This document shows, one piece after another, positions 12,241-23,583 of a stretch of DNA of 64,000 nucleotides. Position numbers and translations under genes: made by a program. The stretch is from Psammoneis japonica (taxonomy: Eukaryota), in NCBI GenBank assembly GCA_008632985.1, contig QPGO01000008.1, positions 662,979 through 726,978 on the forward strand, read 5' to 3'. How positions within the stretch are numbered: position 1 is the first letter of the stretch; each line of letters opens with the position of its first letter. A model generated the notes under the pieces. It was not told the DNA's origin and searched no databases. It worked only from the letters and a program-made list of their open reading frames with translations.

Positions 12241-15200
12241 ACTTGCTTTTCACTTCATGCAGATGACTCAAGCTTTGTGGTGGTTTGTCCATCCTCAAAA
12301 TCATTGATCACAGTGCACGCAAAATCATTGTCACCTGCAAAAGTTTTCATTCATGCAATGAAAACAATGCAACCCATTCTGTGCCCTTTTTGTGTTGTGT
12401 TTCCAGCACTGTTGTCTGAATTCACCCACTTTGCATGACCAAACCAAGCAACAATGCCACCTCCATTTTAGCTTCATGCAATGCACAACAGGCTCTTGTC
12501 ACAACATGAACAATTGAATGACTGACCAAAGGAAAACAACCAGCCCATCATGTTGCAAAGAACAGACATTCTTGTGCACACTCAGCTGCTTCCATTGCAA
12601 TCCCCATTGTGACTCTGTGGCTTGTGAGAGGGTCAGCTCATTTGGTCCAGCACCAGCTGTGCCATTGTTGCTGCATCTTGGTGTGGTTGTGGTGGGTTGA
12701 ACTTTTTCAGCAAGGAGCAATGGTCATTGAAGCAGCAGAGAATTGGAAGAACTTGGCATGTTTTTTCAGCTGTCACAAACATCCGACTGGCTTTGTCAGG
12801 TGTCAAACAAGGCTGTTGGGGTGCACCTGAGTTGCCCCTGTTTGAGGATGCGGCGAGCCTCCGCCAACACTGACACATTGCCAGATGCCATGGGAGGAGC
12901 TGGGTTCGAAGGAGCAAAGATCTTGGCCTTCTTGTGAGGGACAGTCAAAGAAGGCGCTCTTGTGGAACAAAGAAAAAAGCAGAAAAAAGCAATTCACAAC
13001 AAGACTGAGGGACATGGGCATGCTCAGGTGAGCAAGTGTGCTCACCAGCATCACACAAACAGGTGCCATCTTCATGCTTCCTTCTGGCCCCATGTTCAGG
13101 TTTTGATTTGCAGCCTCATTTGTGTTTGTCTTCAAAGTGGTCAGCACTCTGGTCACGCATTCTGCATCAAAGCATTGTGAGCTGCGCTTGTTGCTGCACC
13201 CGGGGTGGGTGCCGGGATGCTCCTTTGGACAAAATGCTTCCCAAATTCTTGCTCCATGGCATTGCCATCCTTCATCACCAGCACCCAGGTCCTTTGTGTC
13301 ATGTGCTTTGTCTCCCCCAATGCATGCCTCAGTGGCTTCCTCCTCTGACTCAACTTCATTTGACTCACGAAGGACAAGAAAGCTGTTGAAAAATGTGTGC
13401 CACCCCTTCTGGGTGTTGGCCTTCCAAACAATTTGCAAGAGCCAACAACTTGTGTCCTTTTGCTTGCATGCCATGCAACACATGACCATTCCAGTGACAA
13501 AGCAGGCACCATGAATGTCATGAATGTGCTTGGTGGTCATCATTCAAGGTGCAAAGAGATTGACACACTTCAAAAAACAGAAAAAAGGTGTGCCTGTTGG
13601 CGGGGCATTGCACCATTGGCACACAAACTCAACCATTGCCTTGATGTTGCAGTGGAGGTCACAACAAAGCTGCCTCTCGTCCTTCCCCATCTCAACAGGT
13701 GTTGCAAAGAACTTTGGAGCATCCTCCAACTTTCTGTGTCAAAGAACACAGTCACCCTTTGCTTGGCGGGATCTGTTCATCCCCAAACCACAAGCATTGA
13801 TGCAGGACCACATGTCAGGACATTGGAGAGATTTCCTTGCAGTGTTGTTGGTGCACACATGACTTTCACAACACGTGGAACACAGCAAAGCTTTGGCTTG
13901 TGGCAAAGGAAGGGAAGAGCCAGGAACTCTGGAGAGGGCACCCAATTTGCAAAAAGTGCTTTTTTTAGAGGCACACACTGCAATTGCTTTTGAGCTTCAA
14001 TCAAAACAACTCCATTCCAAAGCCATTGGCAAGGTGTTCTGTGTCATCAAAATCAACACTTGTGTCATTGAAGACAAGTGAGGGATTGGGGTTGACCTCA
14101 TTGGCTGGTGGGGCAAAGTTGTTCACTGCTGTGGCCAGTTGTTGATTGGGGACAATGTGCAGAATGCACACAAATCACAAGAGTTCACACTCTTGCCTTT
14201 CAATGTTTGGGAAGAGAGGAGGTTGTGCTGTCATGAAGTGCACGCAAATTGCACATGTAAAAAAATTCAGAAAAAGCCATGGACCAACATGCTCTGCAAA
14301 TCTGGGAAGAAGGAAAAAATGAGTGTGCGCACTGCTTGGTGGCAGCAATTTGGGTGTGCAGGGGCAATGTGATGAGTGCACAAGAGTGGGAAGGACAAAG
14401 TCAAAACCAAGTTAAGCTGAAAAGCAACAAAGAAACTGGTGCAGGCATCACAAAATGGCAACTTTGCAAATGGAGTTGACCGTTGCATGTGCACCGCTGA
14501 AGCCTGTGGCTGTTGGGAAAGTTGACATTCAGACAAACAATGAAGCATGACAAACAAAAGCACTCATTGTTCTGTGCTGTCACTCTGCTTTCACACATTT
14601 GATTGGCAATTAAATTTGACAAAACTTGTGCAAATGATTGCAAATGAAAGTGAAAACCCCTGTGCCACAACCTCTGATGGCATCAAGTTTTCCAGCATCA
14701 TGCACCCAACAACTCCGGATTTTGTGGACCATGGCAGTGGCTGCAGTTTCTCCATTGGTTGAACAACACTGCTGAAGATGACTTCCCACATTGCATGATG
14801 CACGCACACTGCAAAGAGGCTCAGAGTGCACCACACCAAGATCTGTGACACTCAAAACAGCAAGCGTCATCAATCATTTCTTCACAATGCTGTGGCAACA
14901 AGCACAAGGCTCTGAAGCAGATTTGGCACAACAGCTGCCATGCATTTGACCACACAAAGGTCCTGGTTTTGTGTGAACAGCAGCTGACCCAAGCAAGAGG
15001 AGATGATCTGGTGCTGGCAGAGTGCTGCTTGCTTTGAAGGATTTTCTGCAGACATGCACACCATTGTCTTTAGCTTCAATTCAAAATTGGGGATGACCCC
15101 AGAGAGAGATGGCTGTTTCTGTCAAAGGTGCAAAAAATGCTCCAAATTCTTGATGCTCATGATGAGTGAAAGTTGTCTGCAAAAAACAACACAAGTGTGC

Positions 15201-15689
15201 TGAGTGCCAAATTGTTGAGACATTGTTTGCACTTTGTTGCATCAGTGTCTGACAGCCCACTTGTGCTCTCTCATCCCCTCATTGTTCTCGCCATGCCTGC
15301 ATTGCAGGTGAAAAAAAAACACCAACCAACTCTCAACTCAGAGACCCCTGAAGTTCCTCTCATTGAGGGAGCTGATGCAATGCAGTCTCTTGCACAACTG
15401 AGCTCAGCAAAGATGTGTGTTTGAGACACCTTCTTGTCAACAATGTGTCAGCTGCAGAAAAAGACCAAGGTCATCTTCTCTGTCATGCACGCTCTGCACT
15501 GGCACACAAGATCAAGGCTGCCCAGAATGGGGGCTGCAAGAAACTGTGCCTGGTGTGCACAGGAGAGCACCCGCTTGATGGCAACCTGGTGTTGACTGAC
15601 AAACCACCATGCATCAAGCCCCCCCCCCAACTTTTGTCAATTCTCAAAGAGAGAGGCTGCTGCACACATGCCCAACTTCCAGGGAGAGA

Positions 15690-17460
15690 TCAAGGATGTT
15701 TGCTTGTGGTTTGAGAAGGAAATGTTCCATCTGAGTGTGGTTTGTTGTTGTGAACTGAGATTTTCAACTGGGCAATCACAGCTGGTCTCAAATCCATTTC
15801 ACAGCCAGTTGTTTTCACCATGACAAGATGAGTGCAAGGCAAGAACTGGCTGTGAAAGAGGGGCTGCCAGTCTTGTCACTCTGTCCACCAAGCCCCTTGA
15901 GCTTTTTTGTCTCACCCAACCTTCATCAGCTTCAACATCTCTGGATGATGTCGCTGTGCAATCTCAGATGATGATCCCCACCACTCTTCTTGTGATGGGC
16001 AGGAGAGGAGTGAAGAGCCCTGCACAGCAACCCAAAAGATCAGCGGAGTTGGATTGCAACAAATTTGACCATGGCAACAGTTTTGTGGCAGTCAATTTGG
16101 CCAATGTTGCTCAACAGTTGCCTCTGAGTGCACCTCATGTTGCTCATCAGATTCTCAGCATGAGTCCTTCCAAGCCAATGCAGCCAATTTTGCTGAGGAG
16201 GATGAGCAAGAGCATGTGCAGCTGGACACTGGTGCAGACATTTCATGTTCACCTGAGAGCTTTTTCTGCCAAGATTTTTCCCATGCTCTCTCAAAGCCAA
16301 CCCAGCTCTTGATGGCACAAGTGCTTCTGTGCACAGCATGGTTTTGGACATCTGTGAGGTCTGGTGGAGAGCTCGCTTGATTGGTTGCATCAATGTTTGG
16401 ACATGTTGTGATCCATGTGATTGCTCAATGCAGACTTCACAAAAATGGCAGTTGGCTCAAGGGCTGCAGTTTAGAGCACATTTGGCACCTCCAAGTTTGT
16501 TGCATGGCATTGTCCATGGAAAAGTCAGGGTGTTGCCATTTGCAGGCAACTGATCAATGGGAAATGTTGTGCTGACCCTTTCACACCCCCAACTTCAGTT
16601 GAGACACTTGCTGATTTGATTGGCAGATCAAAAGAGCAGGGCCTGCTGTCCTTTGGCAAAGCGCGCAAGGCTGTCCTCATCACTGTGGGCATGGCTGAGG
16701 TGCATCATGATGATCAACATTCTCTCCTTCATGAAGAATGCAAGGACTCCTGGCTCCTTGAGTGTGTCAGAGCTGTCCTTTTGAAGAGCTCATAAAAGCA
16801 AGCTCCCCAGTCCAGCCCCTCAAGACTGGTGCCAAACACCTTCTTTGGCATCAGCAACTTGGTGTTGTCCAAGTGACTGCTCTTGCTTGTCTGATGCTCG
16901 CAAGGATGTTGACGGTGCTCTCAGTGGGTTTTCAGTTTGCTTGCGGCACTTTGCCTTTGGACTGACAATTGTTGCCCTGCTTGTGCCCACACCAAGGAAA
17001 TGAAGGAACCTCTGCTTGTCCCAACACTGCCATGACTGCCATCCAACCACGTCAAGGCTTTGCTGCAGATTTTCTCTTTTGTGGTGTCAGCAGTTCAAAG
17101 GACTTGGAATGCATGGAGGATTTTGTGCTGGGTTGAGCGGCAAAACTTGTTGGGCAATTGTGCACAATGACTGCCATTCAAAAAACAACTTCAGGAGGAG
17201 GCAGCAAATTGCACCCTCACAGGCTCAGCAGCTCTTCAATGGTGGCCATCATTTTGTTGCACCACACCACGCCCTTCTCTGGAAAGAATGTCTCTGGCCA
17301 GAAACACCCCATGCTGGAGGGCAGTCATTTGCCCGTTGGCAGGAGCACTGTCTGCTGAGCAATGCTCATGGGCAGCTGATTAAATTTTGGCTGTGTGCTT
17401 TTCATTGCTGCTGTTTTCACATCAGAAGCACAGTTCCTTCCCAGTGCATTCTGCGCCCCC
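15690..17460 (+). mobile_element. Degenerate Ty1/Copia (CoDi-like) LTR retrotransposon gag-pol fragment: protease, GAG-pre-integrase, integrase
   Basis: Motifs occur in Copia order: possible decayed zinc knuckle ~15696-15738; QLDTGADISC aspartic protease 16219-16248; LLWHQQLG 16840-16863; CPAC 16973-16984; PRQGFAADFLFCG (first catalytic D) 17047-17085; FWLCAFH 17385-17405. Many frameshifts and TGA stops. No RT or LTR recognised. Confidence 0.8.
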
Positions 17461-18155
17461 CCCCTCCCATGCACAGAAACAACAAGAGAAGTCAGACAGC
17501 TGTTTCTTGGCACAAAAAATTTGCAGAAAATTGCTGGGACAGAAGGGCCATTTTTGGATTGTGCTTTTGGCCTGGCCTTTGCTGCTGCTGATGACTTGTG
17601 CGTGCCGCCGACCGCTGGTTTGTCAGAAGTTGAGCACGTGGCTGGCACTGGCACGCTGCATTGTTTGGTTTGCTGAGGGCTGCCAGAAATAAAACACTGG
17701 GTGCATTTGTCACACCTGCCAATGGGGTGAATTTCTTCAAGGCCAGTGATGCAGCAAAAGAGCCACAACAAGTTTGTGGCTGTCCAGGTGCGCCGAACTT
17801 TGAGAGACTCTGTGTGCTTGTGCTGGGGCATCGTTCTCGGAAGAATTGCAAAAGGTCAAGATCCCAAATTGAATCTGCACAAAGCTCAGTCAGATGCCCA
17901 CAAAAATGTGTGAGGCAGAAGTTGTGTTCTTGAAAGTCACAGCAGCAAGAAGTGTTTCATTCACTCTTGTGTGCCGCGAGGTGTGCGAACCCTTAGCATG
18001 ACCACAGGCTCAAGTTCAAGCCGAATCTCATACAGTGCGGTACGAGCTCCGAACTCCAAGATTTGATCCAATACATCTGCGTGCAAGCACGCGCTTCGCG
18101 CGAAAACCAGCTCAAGTGTACGAACGAAAACAAAAAATAATTGAGAAATGGAAAG

Positions 18156-19123
18156 ATGGAGCAAGAAGAAGACGTCTTCCTCCATGAAAACCTGGCGAGA
18201 GCTGGATCACGCTTTCAACGTGGGTATCCTTATCGTCAACGAGATAAAGGCTACTACTATGAGGAATCATCAAGAGATCCCTTTTATTTCAAAAGCCTCC
18301 AGTCCAAGTTCTCCTCGCTTTGGCCAGAGGTGAATTTTGGGGGTAATTTTGCTATTCTTACTGCTTTTTTAGTCATATGTATTTTTCAATTTCGAGGTAA
18401 GTCGCGTTGCGAAATTCCGTATTCAAGTCTGTGACGTGACATCATGGTCATCATGGTAGGTCGTGGATGTGATTCCTTGCCAACATCAACATGCTAACAC
18501 TTTGTTCGCTTCGTAATGGACCGTGCGATGCAACAGGAGCTATTATTCCCAGGCTGAAAATAGTGCACGAAAACTATTTGTCAGGGTACTGGCTGGTTGA
18601 TTGGCTGCTGGATCTGTTTGACTACATTCGTGCATATGTGCACATAGCTGCGGATGTTTTGCGAAATCTTCGCTTCCTTATAACTTCACCCTCCGGTTCC
18701 TTGCTAGAAAGCGATGCGGATGCCTCTCTCACTCGACCAGATCAGAGCGGGAAGAATCGAAGGAGACGGAGATTTCGGGAAAGCACCTCTGCGGCGATGC
18801 CAGCATTGGAGGACGTCACGGAGCACAGAATAGATGCAAAAACCGAAAGTGTTCCCGCCGATCAAGGAGACTCAGTCACACGGGATTTTGATTCTACATC
18901 ACTTAATGCAGCAATTGATCAAGCTGAACATCCTGGGTATCACGATGAAATAGAGCCCGCGTTCCTGAACGAAGAAGATTACCCTCCAGGGTGGATGGTA
19001 TACCACCCTGTTCTTGGAGTTGTAGCCAAACAAGAAGCAGATAGATATCGCCAGGAGAAGGAAATACAAGTATCTCATACGATATTCCCGGTGATGACGT
19101 CTCCTGCAATCGAAGCATCTTAA
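18156..19123 (+). CDS. Hypothetical membrane protein, exons 18156-18396 and 18537-19123
   Basis: GTAAG...CAG intron at 18397-18536 joins two ORFs in frame. Hydrophobic segment FAILTAFLVICIF. Confidence 0.65.
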
Positions 19124-19572
19124 ACATCTAAGTTCACCGTGATCTTACGCGCACCTACAGTACTACTATACTCCTTTTTTCATCGTTGCACGTCTGCAGA
19201 CCTACAGTATGATTACCTTGCTTGATGGTGTTGTTTAGTAGAACTTGCAAAATAGAAGTAGCCGAGAGTGGCGGGGACATGACCATGACGGCCGGCAGGG
19301 GGTGGTTCTGGCGGTTCTGGGGCGCAGGCGGGGTGCAGAACACGACGGACGAACCTCCAAACCGGCGTGGTCGGACTAAACAAACGCAAAACGCTTCGCA
19401 AACCGCCATCAGCCATCAATGGCCAACTTGAAACTTGCCAAGGTTGCTTTGTTTCTTGTCTCCCGTCGACCGTGGCCTCCACACCAGTTATTGCCCAGAA
19501 TTGTTCTGAGGCTGGAGCAGCCGTATCAAATTGTTCAAATTAGATAACAAAGATTCGAGAGATACAGTTCTC

Positions 19573-20955
19573 ATGACGAAACTGAAGGCCAAATACGATT
19601 TTTCGAGGGGACATCCAAATCCATCGCTTCTCCCGGTGAAGGAGATGAAACAAATAATGGCAGCTGTCGCAAACGGGAACACTAGCATCGATGGTATCGA
19701 AAAGGCTGACGACGAAAATGATAGGTCTACATTGTGTTTGAATTACGGCCACGAAGCAGGCTCGCCAGATTTGTTGAAGGAGATTCGATCTTTTCTTGAT
19801 AGGCAAACAATAAGTAGCGACGAGTATGATGGAGTAGAAGAATTCGCCGAAAACCAACTCTTTGTCACCAATGGTGTATCCCACGGAATTGAGCTCATTT
19901 GTTCAACCTTCACCTCTCCCGGAGACGTGGTGTTTGTAGAACGTCCCACCTACTTTCTTGTAGCCGACATCTTTCGAAGCCACGGGCTCAGAGTGAGTGG
20001 CCTGCCAATGGTCCCAACCGAGAACAATGCTGGTGCTGGTGCTATTGACGTATCGCGTCTGGTGGAGATGGTGGACCATGGGGAGCTAAATGCGCCTTCA
20101 ATGATTTATCTGATTCCCACACATCAGAATCCAACGGGGCATACTTTGTCTGTGAAAGATCGAAGGATCCTTTCAGACTTCTCGGAAAGACACGGCGTAT
20201 TGCTGGTCGCTGACGAAGTTTACCATCTATTGGATTGGCGAAATGAACAGGAGAATGGACGAAGGCCGGCAAGAATGGCAGCTTTCAACAAACCTGGAGC
20301 AAAAGAGACGTGTGGCTCCGAAAAGCGGCAGGGTTGCTGTCTATCTGTGTCCTCCTTTACGAAAATCTTTGCGCCTGGTGTTCGATGTGGTTGGATAGAA
20401 GCTCCAGCATCCATAATATGCTCCATCGTGCAGCACGGTTATATTCAAAGCCAGGGAGGTGTAGCACCTTTTGTTGGGGATCTACTCATGTTTCAAGCTT
20501 TGAAGATGAGATTGGTGGACGGCTTTCTTCGCAAGCTTAGGGAGCGCTATTCAGAGCGCGCTCATCGCCTTTGCGCTACTCTACAACTTGATGATCGAAT
20601 AAGTCTTCCAAATGGACCCCCCACTGGTGGCTACTTTCTATGGATTGAATTTCCTCGTTACGTTGATGCGGAAGATTTCCTTCGGTATTGCGAAGAAGGC
20701 GATGCTTCGAAAATGGGGCTGCGATTTCGGCCAGGGACAAAATGCGATGCGTTTGCTAATGAGACCCAAGGAAAGAGCCAGGTCGAAAATGATGCCGTAA
20801 GTGCCGTTTCAATGTCCTCTTTCCGGTCATGTGCAAGGTTATGCTTTGCTGACCTTGACGATCAAGATTTGATAGAGGGCGGCCGTCGACTTGTCCGGGC
20901 ATTCGGGATGTACATGAAAAGTTTGCCTGATAAAGACAAGTCAAGCTCCAACTGA
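19573..20955 (+). CDS. PLP-dependent aminotransferase class I/II (2-aminoadipate transaminase/MocR-like)
   Basis: Motifs GHPNP, LFVTNG, ERPTY, IPTHQNPTG, ADEVY, SSFTKIFAPGVRCGW (PLP lysine), GGYFLW and RLCF. Confidence 0.92.
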   Translation: MTKLKAKYDFSRGHPNPSLLPVKEMKQIMAAVANGNTSIDGIEKADDENDRSTLCLNYGHEAGSPDLLKEIRSFLDRQTISSDEYDGVEEFAENQLFVTNGVSHGIELICSTFTSPGDVVFVERPTYFLVADIFRSHGLRVSGLPMVPTENNAGAGAIDVSRLVEMVDHGELNAPSMIYLIPTHQNPTGHTLSVKDRRILSDFSERHGVLLVADEVYHLLDWRNEQENGRRPARMAAFNKPGAKETCGSEKRQGCCLSVSSFTKIFAPGVRCGWIEAPASIICSIVQHGYIQSQGGVAPFVGDLLMFQALKMRLVDGFLRKLRERYSERAHRLCATLQLDDRISLPNGPPTGGYFLWIEFPRYVDAEDFLRYCEEGDASKMGLRFRPGTKCDAFANETQGKSQVENDAVSAVSMSSFRSCARLCFADLDDQDLIEGGRRLVRAFGMYMKSLPDKDKSSSN

Positions 20956-21398
20956 CTTTTGGACATTGTGCGCTACTCTGAGGATGCGATCATCGTGAAG
21001 AAAACAAAAGAGAAGAAGACTCTAGCCAATTTCGCAAAAGCTTTCCCTGGAGAACCCGCATGCTCTAAAGCCTGATTTCCTGCGACGTAGAAGCAAACCG
21101 GTTTTCAGGCTTGCTGTTGTCGTTGTTTCTTGGCGTACGAGTACTGCAGATGGCATCGATACAAATAGAAGTAGTTAGTACTAACAGATGTGAGGATGCC
21201 GTTGGTCGCACGAAGAATCATCTTACAAAGTGGTCCTCTGCTAGCGCGAGACGATGCGATGACGTCAGCTCGTCCAGTCAGCGCACGTCGCGGTTTCAGT
21301 TCGGAGATGTTCATTGTTTTGGCGGGAAGATGTTCTGTTATCTTCAAAAGCAAGTTGTTACTGCGTTGTACACAATTCGAACATTTGAATAACCTACT

Positions 21399-22076
21399 AT
21401 GGGTACTATTTTTGGTAAAGTATCCGTGGCAGAACCGGCATTTGATGTTCTCTTGACTCGTAATGCGCAAACGTCGTATGAAGTTCGTCGATACGGCGAA
21501 CGATTTGCGATTGAAGCTGCGTATGATGGTACGGACGACGGAACTCCGTTTCGATTGCTTGCGGGTTACATTGGTGTATTTGGTAAACCGCAAAACGATG
21601 GCGGTGAGACGATTGCGATGACTGCCCCTGTAATTTCGGAGAACAAATCCAATGGAAAGAAGATTGCCATGACAGCCCCTGTTGTATCGAAGGAAGATAC
21701 CGAGGGAACCAAGAAGGTAATGCAGTTTATCCTTCCTGCTGAGTACGATGATATCGACAAGATTCCGAAACCAACAAATCCGGCGGTGAAGATTAAGGAA
21801 GTCCCGCCTGCTACAGGCGTGGTTCATCGATACAACGGAAACTTTGAGGATTCGAGATGCAAAATTATGGCTACGGCTTTGACGCAACAACTAAAGGAAG
21901 ACGGGCTCAAGATTTCTGAAGAAGATGCTTTAGACAGGCATCAATGCTGGGGCTATAACCCCCCATGGACAATCCCTGCTCTGAAGAGAAACGAGGTGTG
22001 GATTGAGCTGAGCGACGAACAGGTCCACGACATCCTGAACATCTTTGGCGAAGAATCGGAAATCACAAAGAACTGA
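21399..22076 (+). CDS. SOUL heme-binding family protein
   Basis: Motifs YEVRRY, FRLLAGYI, IAMTAPV (twice), MQFILP, YNPPWT and RNEVW. Confidence 0.92.
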   Translation: MGTIFGKVSVAEPAFDVLLTRNAQTSYEVRRYGERFAIEAAYDGTDDGTPFRLLAGYIGVFGKPQNDGGETIAMTAPVISENKSNGKKIAMTAPVVSKEDTEGTKKVMQFILPAEYDDIDKIPKPTNPAVKIKEVPPATGVVHRYNGNFEDSRCKIMATALTQQLKEDGLKISEEDALDRHQCWGYNPPWTIPALKRNEVWIELSDEQVHDILNIFGEESEITKN

Positions 22077-22286
22077 GATTTGAAGCGAATCAGTTGGACC
22101 ATTATATCAGAATTATTCCTATCATTTCTCTTAGATGCTTTCAGAGGCCGTTCTAAAATATTGAATAGTCTTGTTGTTAGTGACAACTAGATGCAGAGTA
22201 GTTGTCGTTACGTATGGTAATGTACGGTGCCCTACAAAATACTAAAGTTATGCATTCCTAGCCCCGCGAAACCCTCGTTGAGCTCG

Positions 22287-23246
22287 TCAATTCTCTCCCA
22301 AGAAAAGCCCCAGACGCTTCGCCGGCTCAAAGCTTTCCGTGTCTGCCGCCACTGCGCTACGACGAGCGCCTTCGTTCTCACGCGAAATGATGGCACGTTC
22401 CGTTTGAGACAGTTGCTCCTCTCCTCCTTTCTGACGGGCTATCGATTCTTCAATGGTTTGAACGGTTTCCTGTAGATTCTCCATACTTTCGGGGATGTCA
22501 TTTTTCATTTTGTGAAGAGACGACAAGCAGGAAGCAAGCTGCTTTTCCATTTCGACTAGTTTTTCGCTCTTTGCATTTTCGTCGGTAACCTCGAGCTGTC
22601 GGAACTTGGGCTCAAACTGGTCCGGCTCAAACGTGTCCTCCACAGGAAGCTGTGGCCCAACGAGAAGTTCAACCTCCTCTTTGGTAATGGACACAGTGGT
22701 TTCTGTTACTGCAGCACGCAAGGCCTTTACACGTGCGGCGGTATCGCGTACTTTGGACCGGAGTACTTTGGCATGTTCAATTGATTGCTTGTCCTTTACC
22801 TCCGTTTCCTCGTCAAATTCGTTCTGCCACTCCTCCACACTTTCTTCGTCCGACGACTCTTCTTCTTTGTCTTGATCCATAACGTTGCGACGTGCGTAGG
22901 AAAAATACTCCTCATCGCTAACAGGTTGAACGAGACGCTTAATGTCATTCGATAAGCTTGTTTCCATCCCAGACAAGAGCTTTTCGAGCTGCTCACAATA
23001 CTCTTCACTGTACTGCACTTCAGCAACACCAGTAGGTGACCCTGCCTGGTTTACTCCTTCTTCTTGGGTACTTTTCGCCGGTTTCGCAGCATTGACATCT
23101 TTCTTGAGTTCACGAAGGCAGTTTTCAATTCCCCGTAGCGCTTGATGCAAGTCGCCCTCAGCCACGACATTGTTCTTGATGTCGCTCATGCCTGAGGTAT
23201 GAGATGCAGCGTTTTCATCTTCGGAGGAGCTTCGAGCGGTCGTCAT
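22287..23246 (-). CDS. Acidic coiled-coil hypothetical protein
   Basis: ~320 aa uninterrupted ORF with normal protein composition and heptad-like stretches. Family not assigned. Confidence 0.7.
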   Translation of the reverse strand: MTTARSSSEDENAASHTSGMSDIKNNVVAEGDLHQALRGIENCLRELKKDVNAAKPAKSTQEEGVNQAGSPTGVAEVQYSEEYCEQLEKLLSGMETSLSNDIKRLVQPVSDEEYFSYARRNVMDQDKEEESSDEESVEEWQNEFDEETEVKDKQSIEHAKVLRSKVRDTAARVKALRAAVTETTVSITKEEVELLVGPQLPVEDTFEPDQFEPKFRQLEVTDENAKSEKLVEMEKQLASCLSSLHKMKNDIPESMENLQETVQTIEESIARQKGGEEQLSQTERAIISRENEGARRSAVAADTESFEPAKRLGLFLGEN

Positions 23247-23583
23247 GGTGCAAGTCAAATTGCAATCTCTGTGCTCGCAACAACCGAATGGAATTCAAAT
23301 CGTATCAACATTATCAGTGCTGAAGGATCATTACTCTAGTATTATCACGTGAAGCCTACAGGTGAACATTTAACGGCTATTTAGAGCGAAAAAAATGGCT
23401 TACTTTGACTTCGAGTGGCATCGGCGATGACGCGAGGGTGGCGGTTCGGGGGTTCGGGCACTGAGCACTGAGTTTTTCTGCACCCCACTTTTTTCGGAAG
23501 AGAATGGCGGAAGAACATCAAGCAGCGAGCGGTTGATTCGTATTATACCAGAACCTGCACGTACCGTGTATTCTTTCGAAATC

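Larger units (their letters stand above)
7425..17990. other. TpA/CpG-depleted, TpG/CpA-enriched domain 2 (~10.5 kb, TE/gene graveyard)
   Basis: About 25-30 TpA in ~10.5 kb by eye, versus several hundred expected, all in TTA or TAA. None seen between ~9240 and ~10710. CpG is sparse. Long ORFs (9889-10632, 12803-13543) contain no Tyr. Normal composition returns abruptly at ~18000. Confidence 0.95.

Noticed and set aside
14640..14700. GNAT-like RGxGxG motif (AIRGCGTG) in a minus-strand relic
   Set aside because: A single short motif in heavily mutated sequence is insufficient.
7430..17960. Dozens of overlapping C/H/Q-rich ORFs in all six frames (also at 1261-3254)
   Set aside because: Artefact of TpA loss: TAA/TAG stops and Tyr codons are almost absent, so frames stay open by chance. 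Not called as functional genes or metal-binding proteins.
7430..17960. Alternative genetic code or TGA read-through (selenoprotein-like) in the depleted domain
   Set aside because: The depletion is frame- and strand-independent and the relics also carry frameshifts. CGA->TGA mutation explains the stops better.
7430..17960. Classical fungal RIP
   Set aside because: RIP enriches TpA and depletes CpA/TpG, the opposite of what is seen.
22287..23246. Kinetochore Nsl1-like identity for the coiled-coil protein
   Set aside because: Only a vague resemblance and no diagnostic motif.
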